A stretch of DNA of 64,000 bases, taken from Octopus vulgaris. Taxonomy: Eukaryota. The stretch's first letter is position 1; each line of letters starts with the position of its first letter. The notes beneath the pieces are model-generated. The model worked only from the letters and a program-made list of their open reading frames with translations. It was not told the DNA's origin and did not search any database. This document shows, in pieces, positions 55,706 to 64,000 of the stretch. The stretch covers positions 211,110,001 through 211,174,000 of the forward strand of contig OX597814.1 of assembly GCA_951406725.2 (NCBI GenBank), given 5' to 3'. Position numbers and translations under genes: made by a program.

Positions 55706-55707
<2 letters not shown>

Positions 55708-56147
55708 ATTTCAACAATTGAGGGTAAAATTAATTAATTAATCAATTTCACCAAGTATTCAGTATGCAAAGGGACCATTTAAGGCGAATTCAAATTATTA
55801 CATTATATAAAAGGGCTTAGTAAAATAAATTACTTTGCCGCATACTGAACTCATTAGAAATAGCAGCCAAAAAAAACTTTTCTAAAACTATTTCCAATAC
55901 TTAAAGAAAATCTCTCTCATATAGTGTTTGCTCAATTCAACTCACGAAAGTATGGGGGTAGAGACATTAAAAAATCAAATGCAAAGGTTATTTGAGAACG
56001 TACGTTTCAAGATTAGTCAAACTCGACACTTCTATCATCAGCTCAGAACTCCCTGGTTTGGATTTGAAAACACTGAAAGTGGGAGCATACCCTTTCGGCT
56101 TCAATCGCTTCTGAAGACCTGCTCGAAACTAACAGTGCCAGCAAATT

Positions 56148-56150
<3 letters not shown>
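55706..56150 (-). mobile_element. Penelope pLTR-like / retrozyme-like element inserted in (TA)n
   Basis: Bounded by (TA)n on both sides; contains TTGGCTGCTATTTCTA (shared with the 6.5/7.05 kb repeats) and a hammerhead at 55993-56045. Confidence 0.7.
55993..56045 (-). ncRNA. Type I hammerhead ribozyme motif, intact core, palindromic stem III
   Basis: Minus: TGAG CTGATGA TAGA-agtgtcgagtttgactaa-TCTT GAAA CGTACG T T CTCA; stem I TGAG/CTCA is perfect, GUU triplet, first stem II pair U:U. Confidence 0.8.
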
Positions 56151-56185
<35 letters not shown>

Positions 56186-56250
56186 TATATATGGGTATGT
56201 GAACACACATACGATATATGTGTGTGTGTGTTTTATATATATATATATAT

Positions 56251-56472
56251 TTCTTTACTGCCGAGAAGGGGCAAAACATAGAGGGGACAAACAAGGACAG
56301 ACGAAGGAATTGAGTCGATTATATCGCCCCCAATGCGAAACTGGTACTTTATTTATCAACCCCGAAATGATGAAAGGCAAAGTTGACCTCGGCGGAATTT
56401 GAACTCAGAACGTAACGTCAGACGAAATACCGCTAAGCATTTCGACTGGCGCGCTAACGTGTCTGCCAGCTC
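56251..56472 (-). mobile_element. tRNA-derived SINE family B
   Basis: Minus: GAGCTGGCAGACACGTTAGCGCG...GAGTTCAAATTCCGCCGAGGTCAACTTTGCCTTTCATCATTTCGGGGTTGATAAATAAAGTACC. Confidence 0.85.
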
Positions 56473-56546
56473 ATGTATTCATGTATGTATAAGTTATGAA
56501 GGTGGCTATTCGCAATTTCCAACCGAAGGGCAACAATTTTAGTCGC

Positions 56547-56812
56547 CACTAAAGTGACGGACGGTGTTAGTCAGCACCAGCATTGCTAAAATAAGAGTCA
56601 AAACAACTCTCAGCCACGTGAAAGCTCTTTTCTAATGACTGACAGAAGACACAAGCTCTCTACGGCAAGCTACATGGAGTTATTTCAGTGCTGATTTCAG
56701 AATTGAATAATCTTCATCAGTGACCCATTACTCCGCCGCCGAGCGTTAAACAACTTAACTTTCCTTGTCACTCTTATGGAGAACACCATAGGAAACATTG
56801 ACTGATTCCAAA
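56547..56812 (-). mobile_element. Short repeat (family of 13.1/51.1/53.0 kb) with decayed hammerhead
   Basis: Minus 56678-56725: GGTCA CTGATGA AGA..TCT GAAA TCAG-ca-CTGA A A TAACT (U16.1 to A). Confidence 0.6.
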
Positions 56813-57247
56813 CATAGTGATGTGAGAATTCTTCAGTATCCGCACATCATGTTTGTTGTTGTTGTTGCTGCTCAGTGGCAGTAGCAAGGGTGGTTTTTTT
56901 GCCTTGGGTTGGTAGTAGAGTTTGAATATTCCCCTTGATTTATTTCGCCAGGTTCAATATGGCTAAAAAAGAAGATTGGTTTCTCGAGTCACTGCAGTTG
57001 CTGTTGCACTGTTGGATGCGACGCAATTAATGTTAGAACTACCTTTGTTTTTTTCGGATTGGTTTACCCTTCCTCGTTTATGTGGGCGAAAGAACCATTT
57101 TTGCTGTAGGAGGCGATACAATTATTGTGGTGATTGGAGTTTGAGGAGTTGGGATAAAGAGCAAGTTTGGGGTGGTTGAATCTGTTGTGGGGAGCACTCA
57201 CAATGTTATCACTTTTCTTAGTGCCACTATATTAACTGATGGAGCAT

Positions 57248-58189
57248 CTAGTTCCCGCGAGGTGGGTAAAAGTGCAGCTTTGTTGCAAACATAATCTCCC
57301 ATGAAGAGAACAGCGGCAGAGAATGGGATTCCGTTTTGTAAGAGGAGTGTGATGTGGTTGCCTGTTCATGGATTCTCCATAGTTGATGCGTCTGGTTCTT
57401 GGGAGGCGAGTGAAAAACAGTCTCGTCGAAAACAAATCCTCTCACGCAGGGAATAACGGCAGATTTTGGGTTCTGTTTTGTTTGTGAGGTCGGGATATGT
57501 GGCAATTGTTTGCTTGCAGAAGAATTAGAGGTGAATGATTCTGGGAATGATGTGGTAAGGGTTGTTCTTAGTGAACTTGGTTGAGCTGAGATGTTAGTCA
57601 GCTTACTGCTGGGTTGTAATGGTGAGGGACTAGTAAAGGTTGTGGCAGTGGAAACAGTAGTAGTAGCTGAAAATCACCATGGTGATAACGGTGCTGGCAT
57701 CGATAATGATGGTGGTGGTGCTACTGGTAGTGACAATGACGATGTTGCTTGTAATGAGGATGAAGGTGATGGCAGTGGTGTTGTTGGTGTTAGTAATGGT
57801 GACGGTAGTGATGTTGTTGGTGGTTGATATGAGGAATTGGTTGTCATGGTAATCATGGGGTGAGCAGAATTTGGTATGTGGGCATTAGTTGGATGGAAAA
57901 TTTACAGGTCAGTAACGGTAGGTAGTTTTCGTTTAGTTGAATCGACGAATATTAAGTGGAATATAGAAAGATGCTCCTTAACGAGGTGGTAGGATTTCGA
58001 AATATGCTTTAATTTAAATTCCACTTGTTTTGCTGTTCGATTGTCAAAAAGTGGGGCAACTTTAGAAGCAGCGTCACTGAGGCATGACGCTTGTGTGTTG
58101 GTTTTTTGTGAAGGGTCAAGCCATATGTTTAGTAGAATAGCAACTTCATTCTCTGTCCAGTGAAGTTTCTTTCGGGCTATTGTATTCAT
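57248..58189 (-). pseudogene. Stop-interrupted ORF: N-terminal Myb/SANT(trihelix)-like domain + Ser/Thr/Pro-rich region; probably transposon-derived
   Basis: WTENEVAILLNIW...RTAKQVEFKLKHI fits a Myb/SANT-like pattern. ORF-track entries 57902-58189, 57674-57856 and 57248-57505 share one frame, broken only by TAA (57902-57904) and TGA (57674-57676). Confidence 0.6.
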
Positions 58190-58204
58190 GGTGATAGTAG
58201 TTGC

Positions 58205-58680
58205 CGTATTTTCTTTCGTTCGTTTTGCTACTCAATAATTTAGGTGGATTCGCTTTTTTTCCTCTATGTGATGGTGAAAGAATAATTTTGAAAGTGAGGT
58301 GTGTTTGAGTTTTACGAAAGTGTGTGGTGGTTTTAAAATGCATAATTTTGTGTATGTGACCGTTTGAGTTTTGCGAATTTATGTGATTGTTTAAAAATGT
58401 ATAATCTTGTGCAATGTGACCGTTAGTTTTAAACAGAAATATACGCGTGAAATGTAATAATAGTAATTGCTATAAAGTGATTTTACTCTGTTTGTTAGGT
58501 GTCTTTTCTTTCGCTCGTTTTGCTAGTCAATAATTTAGGTAGTATATCTTTTTTCTATATGGGATGGAGAAAAGATGGTTTTGAAAATGAAAGGTGTTTG
58601 ATTTTTGAGAAATCTTGTATTTGTAGCCGTCATATTTAAACAGATAGTTTTAAACAGAGATATACGACTGGAAAGTCAAA
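58205..58680. repeat. Diverged tandem duplication (~295-bp period) upstream of the Myb/SANT-like ORF
   Basis: TTTCTTTCG.TCGTTTTGCTA.TCAATAATTTAGGT at ~58210 and ~58505; TAGTTTTAAACAGA.ATATACG at ~58424 and ~58645. Confidence 0.8.
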
Positions 58681-58822
58681 CGTGTGTGTGCAAATTCTGA
58701 CTGCACAATGAATTTAATAAAATCACAGGACGCACGTGTGGTTGCGTATATAATTAATAAAATCACAGGAGAAATTTGCACTGTACTTACAAGAAATTAT
58801 TTGTTTTTCCACGTTGTTCCAG

Positions 58823-58906
<84 letters not shown>

Positions 58907-61900
58907 GACAGATAGATAAATAGATAGATAGCTAGATATGTATGTTTGAGAGTGCGTGTGTGTGCAAATATACATAAATACACACATACGTACGTATGTA
59001 TATACATGCACGCAGGTTCAGCCCGCATGCACAGTTGCCTCGGGCAAAGTAAGTCAAGACACTAAATGTATTCAAAGGATCCTAAATTCATATACAGCTA
59101 CCTATCGACTCAATTTCCGGTAACTGCATGCATCCAAATATGCACGCATACTTATAAAGCATCAATAGTCACAAAAACGTGTAAAGACATAATTATACGT
59201 TTCTCGTATAAATTGCGTTTGCAAACACCGACTGCTTTCATAAACTCTAAAGAAACGTATTGCGTATGAGGGAGAATTTATTTCTATTGGCTCAATCTAT
59301 ACACATCACAAGCAGGTTTCATCTTTCGACTCCTTTTAATTGTTGATATACATGCATAATTACACGTATAAACACATATACACGCGTGCATGCAACCGCA
59401 GATTCACAGATATTTACAGATATACACATACACACAAAGAGTAGAATATAAGGATGTACATATATAGGCAAATATTTGCTATGAGTCATTTAAGCTTGCG
59501 TACGTACGTACGTATTATACATGTATTTAGAAGTAGTGCAGTTGTGTCATAGTATCAAATTTTCCTGCTGTTCTACTCGTTTAATGATTTGTGCGTCACG
59601 ATTCGTATACACACACACCTATGCATACATTGTTTAATTGACAACCGCAAACACACGCTCACACATACGTAATTGCATGTATGATTAGACATAATTACAT
59701 ATGAGTGTGTGTGCGTTTGTGCGTGTTGGTGGTTGTACACACACACACACATATATAATATATATAGATATATATATACATATATTGATATACATAAATG
59801 CACACGTTTTCTGTGCGTCCGCATATGCAAACACAGTTTCCGATATATGAAACACAATATACATTTCCTGTTGATCGCTTGCCAGAGATTCCATGATTCA
59901 ATATATTTTCTTAAATCAGAATCCGTATCATACAGCATATTATATTTATCCGATTAAAATATGCACGTAATCATGTGGTTTAGCATTACAGTAAATATAT
60001 CTTATGTTATTTGGGTGATTAATCAAATACGAGTTTGATTTTATCAACATGAGAATTTGCCAGTTACTGATACAAAAATAATAGATTCCCAAAGCAGAAT
60101 ATCTTTATGGAGATGGAACTGATTTCTCTTCTCTCTATGCGCATAATGGTAACTATAAAACTCTTACACGACAAAAGGCTGCTTAAGACATCAATGCCCG
60201 CATTCACACATTGTGATAAAATCAGTGTCACATTTATAACGTTGTGATATTTGTAACAATAGCTCCATAGTTCTTTACTTCCATATCAGTACAAACAACT
60301 CTGCCAAAAAGGTTACACATTTTATGCCTAAAATCATTATATACTTTATATTCTCGATATTTCTTTTACTTGTATATTTAGATTATTAGCCATATATCTA
60401 TTAGAATATAAATGTCCGACAATATTAAACCGTTTTCAATAATTGTCCGCTTTTATTCACGTGGTTATATTTAACTTTCTTATTATTTTATTCAATAATA
60501 ACAAGAGAATTCATTCATATATATTTCTCTTATGATATCTGTAACATTGTATATATATTTTACGTATCTATTTTTATGTTCAATCATAAACACACAGACA
60601 CACACTTACACATATAAATCGTATGTTCGGTAAATAGCATATTTATATTATAAAATACTAGACTTTTGTTAGAAGGCTGCACTACACATATATAATGCAT
60701 TATGCATTTAGGCTCTGTAGCTTTCGGCTATATTTTTGTAGTTCTATATATTAACAATGACTATTATTGATGATAAGCAATGCTGTACCTTGTATTTCCC
60801 TTTCTAATCTCCTGGTGAGTATTCATGACCGCTTCAGTATTTCATCCACAATTGCTTGTATGAAAATTCCCAAGACGAATCTCCAACATATAAATTTACC
60901 TGCTCTGAGTGATGTTTCTTTTATTTTCCTCGTCATACAGTATGGTAAGAAATATAAAATATTTCAATATTTTAGTATATTTCTTACCATACTGTTATAA
61001 TACTGTCGGCTGCAACAATCTCTCAATCACATTACTATTGGTATAAAGATAAATAAGTCGATGTTTTTCAGTCACTGATAATTCATGCCTGCTGCCTTGC
61101 TGTAATCATTAAACCAACTTAAACGTTATGAGTTAAATTTATATCTGCGTAGATTTTTTTTTCTTTTCATATCTTTAGGGAAATATATTAGTCACTAGTT
61201 TATATAATATATAATCTGATTCTGAAGTAGAATACCGAATCGTGGATTATGAATGGCAATCAATAATAATGTGGAACATCGCACCGTAGCAGCATATTTT
61301 TTTTTTCTGAGATATAGATTAAGAACGTGTAGAATGTGAACAAAATCGTTACAGTGTTTGATTGCATCTGATATGTCCTTATATTCAGCTTTTATTTTGA
61401 TTTCTAGTCACAATTAATTTAACATTACTCATATATTTCTTGGGCCTATAAATTAAACGCTACACATATAAATGGGTTGTCGATATTTTCGACAGTGCCA
61501 CAATATCCTGTAGGCATGCATTCCAATGATAGGAATGTCATGAGTGTTAGGCATAATGTATCTCCATCAAAATTATTCATATTGGCTTCAGTTATTCATG
61601 ATGATAAACTGTGATTTAAAAGAAATGCACATGCTGTTTATAGAACCTGTAGAATTTACTCAGACTACGATTGCATCCTAACATGTCAAAATTAGTGCGA
61701 TGAAAACAATATTATCAAGGAAACATGTGTAAAAATAATGAAACAATGTTTATTGAATTTATTATATTTAAATTATTTCTTTTTCTTTTTCAATAAAAGA
61801 TATATTTTTCAATACAGTCTTATATTTTTACTAGGTAGATTAGGTCGTCCTTAATCTAGAATAAATAATCCATCACTATAAAGATAAAATACTCTGAATA

Positions 61901-63056
61901 TGCATTAAATGATAATATTCCATCGAACAATGCTGTCTTGCATATGTCAATCACAACATTATAATAATAACAAGTGGTAAGCGCTAGCAGCAATGCATAT
62001 ACGTCGTTAACTCCCCTGGAATATCTAGTATTTGTGCAGAATATTATAAATCATATTAGCATAAATATATGGAGTGAGCAACTAATACACTTTGAATAGG
62101 CTTGATTCTTGTAAATGTCTTCCAATAATGAAAACAATAATGTAAAAGGATACGAGGATCGGCATAGCAATTTATCATTCTAGGCTATATACATTCTGGA
62201 AAATAAATGGAAACATATGGCCTTTACGGAAGCGATGTATATATTACTCTTCATAACAATATATAATGTCGATAAGGTATCATGCGTAACTTTATATATA
62301 TGTAACTCTGTGCCGTATATAGATTTGTAAATAATTCAATACGCTTAAGCGTAAGATGTGTAAGTATTACTGCGGGCGTGTGAAAGGCTATAATTATATC
62401 TGTTCAGATGCAACTGAGAATAAATTTTATTGCGGGGAGAAGTAATTTTCCCTATTATACAATGTGTCACCCATACACCCCGATGTTATTCTTGTGATTC
62501 ACAAGACTCGCTAAAATACTAAAATATGTTGCAAAATACTGAAAAGGTATATACAATAATGGAATAATAAAGGATCCTAACCTTCGCAAGGAAAAAAAAA
62601 ATACTTAGCTTGTGAAGATCTCAATATTACTATCGACGCATTCTTAAGCAATGTAACTCGTACGCGCCTCGAAACGTGCACGCACACTCACAAACACAAA
62701 TACACATACACACTTCGTCATACCTGGATAGATATATAGAATTATAACAGATTAATTGACAGATGCTTGTAGAGCAGATATATACACACATAGGTAGTGA
62801 AATATCTCTAAGCATAACATGTGTATATACATATTGAGAAAGAGAGCAAGCAATTGAAAGAGAAAGAGTAAGAGAAAAGAGAGAATGAGCGAGAGTGAAA
62901 GAAAGTGAAAGAGAAAGCGGAACCGAGATACAGAAATAGATAACTATAAACATATAAAATATCATTTATGCTCGATATAGAAATCTATAATATCCTGTCA
63001 GTTACCAGTAATTCAAAATTGCACGTATATGTATATGTATGAAAGTAAACAATTGC

Positions 63057-63282
63057 TGGGGGTGGTGCGGAAAAGGTTTCTGGCTTTGGGTAAAAAGAAT
63101 ATACAGGAGGATCGGTTAATTGATTATGATTTTATTCAACATTTTTTTTTCCTCTCAGGTTCCCAAACTCATTGCAGCTGTCCTTCAGTTTATCTATGCC
63201 CTGAAAACGAAATCGAGAGGTTGGGCTTACAAGCAAGTCTTTCGTGATGCTCCTAAAGCTAGGAACTTTTCAGCACACCATC

Positions 63283-63284
<2 letters not shown>
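63057..63284. mobile_element. Mariner/Tc1-type MITE
   Basis: Terminal inverted repeats GGTGGTGCGGAAAAGGTTTCTGGCTTT and AAAGCTAGGAACTTTTCAGCACACCATCG|TA; no coding capacity. Confidence 0.75.
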
Positions 63285-63376
<92 letters not shown>

Positions 63377-63567
63377 ATATGTATGTATGTATGTATGTAT
63401 ATATATATATACATATATATTTGTATATACATATACATACATACATACATACATACATACATACATACATACATACATACATACTTGGGAAATGTAACCA
63501 TACCTAGATTATTGGGCGTTTTTTTACCTCCTTCCTACTTCTTCCCTTTGGACTTTGCGTTTTTTCC

Positions 63568-63604
63568 TGTTTCCGAAGAAGAGCTATGCTACAAACGTAG
63601 AACA
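63568..63604 (+). ncRNA. Decayed hammerhead-like motif in a short element next to microsatellite
   Basis: TGTTT CCGAAGA A GAGC-tat-GCTA CAAA CG T A GAACA; same layout as 5052-5088. Confidence 0.45.
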
Positions 63605-63702
63605 ACAACACTTTACCTCCTGAGTGTGACATATTAATACGATGCTTGTGCTCTTTTTTGTTGTTTTTTTCCTCCTGTTTATTTTTAATTAACTACATAC
63701 AT

Positions 63703-63752
<50 letters not shown>

Positions 63753-64000
63753 GGGGTGGTAATGGTGGGGGTATATATGTAGGTACATATATATACATAC
63801 ACACACAAACACAAACACCAACGTGTCTGTGTGTGCAAATGTATATATGTATATGTACGTACTTTTGTAATCATATATGCGTATATGCGTATGCATTTTC
63901 GGTCCGCTATCTGTGATTTTCCCTTCTCACTTATTATCAATATACCTGCCTTATTCTTCTTCATTACTGTCACACCTCGGTTTGCTTTTTCCGTCAACCT

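Noticed and set aside
56070-56145. Plus-strand GAGCA...TGCTC GAAA CTAACAG TG resembling a second hammerhead
   Set aside because: No CUGANGA at the right position and the cleavage-site base would be G.
57591-57827. Plus-strand Gly/Asp/Val-rich ORF
   Set aside because: It is the antisense shadow of the minus-strand Ser/Thr/Pro-rich frame.

Overview
AT-rich, microsatellite-dense eukaryotic (animal) genomic DNA. The SINE/LINE/Penelope content and the abundant (TA)n, (CA)n and (GATA)n tracts are of the kind found in octopus (coleoid cephalopod) genomes; this is an inference from repeat style, not a database result. No intact protein-coding gene is recognisable, and nearly all ORF-track entries are translated microsatellites or repeat fragments, so the window reads as a long intron or intergenic tract. 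It holds tRNA-derived SINEs of two families, decayed CR1-, RTE- and R4/Dong-type LINE fragments, mariner- and piggyBac-type non-autonomous DNA elements, and Penelope-like (RT + GIY-YIG) relics. It also holds a stop-interrupted Myb/SANT-like ORF at 57.2-58.2 kb. The most striking signal is about 13 minimal type I hammerhead ribozyme motifs on both strands, from several sequence families. Three have an intact catalytic core (17455-17497 +, 16802-16866 +, 55993-56045 -). They sit in short non-coding elements that often abut (TA)n tracts, and one is fused to a tRNA-derived Pol III head. Together they point to a family of Penelope-mobilised, ribozyme-bearing non-autonomous retroelements (retrozyme-like). 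A candidate recursive (AG|GT) splice site lies on the minus strand at 12950/12951.
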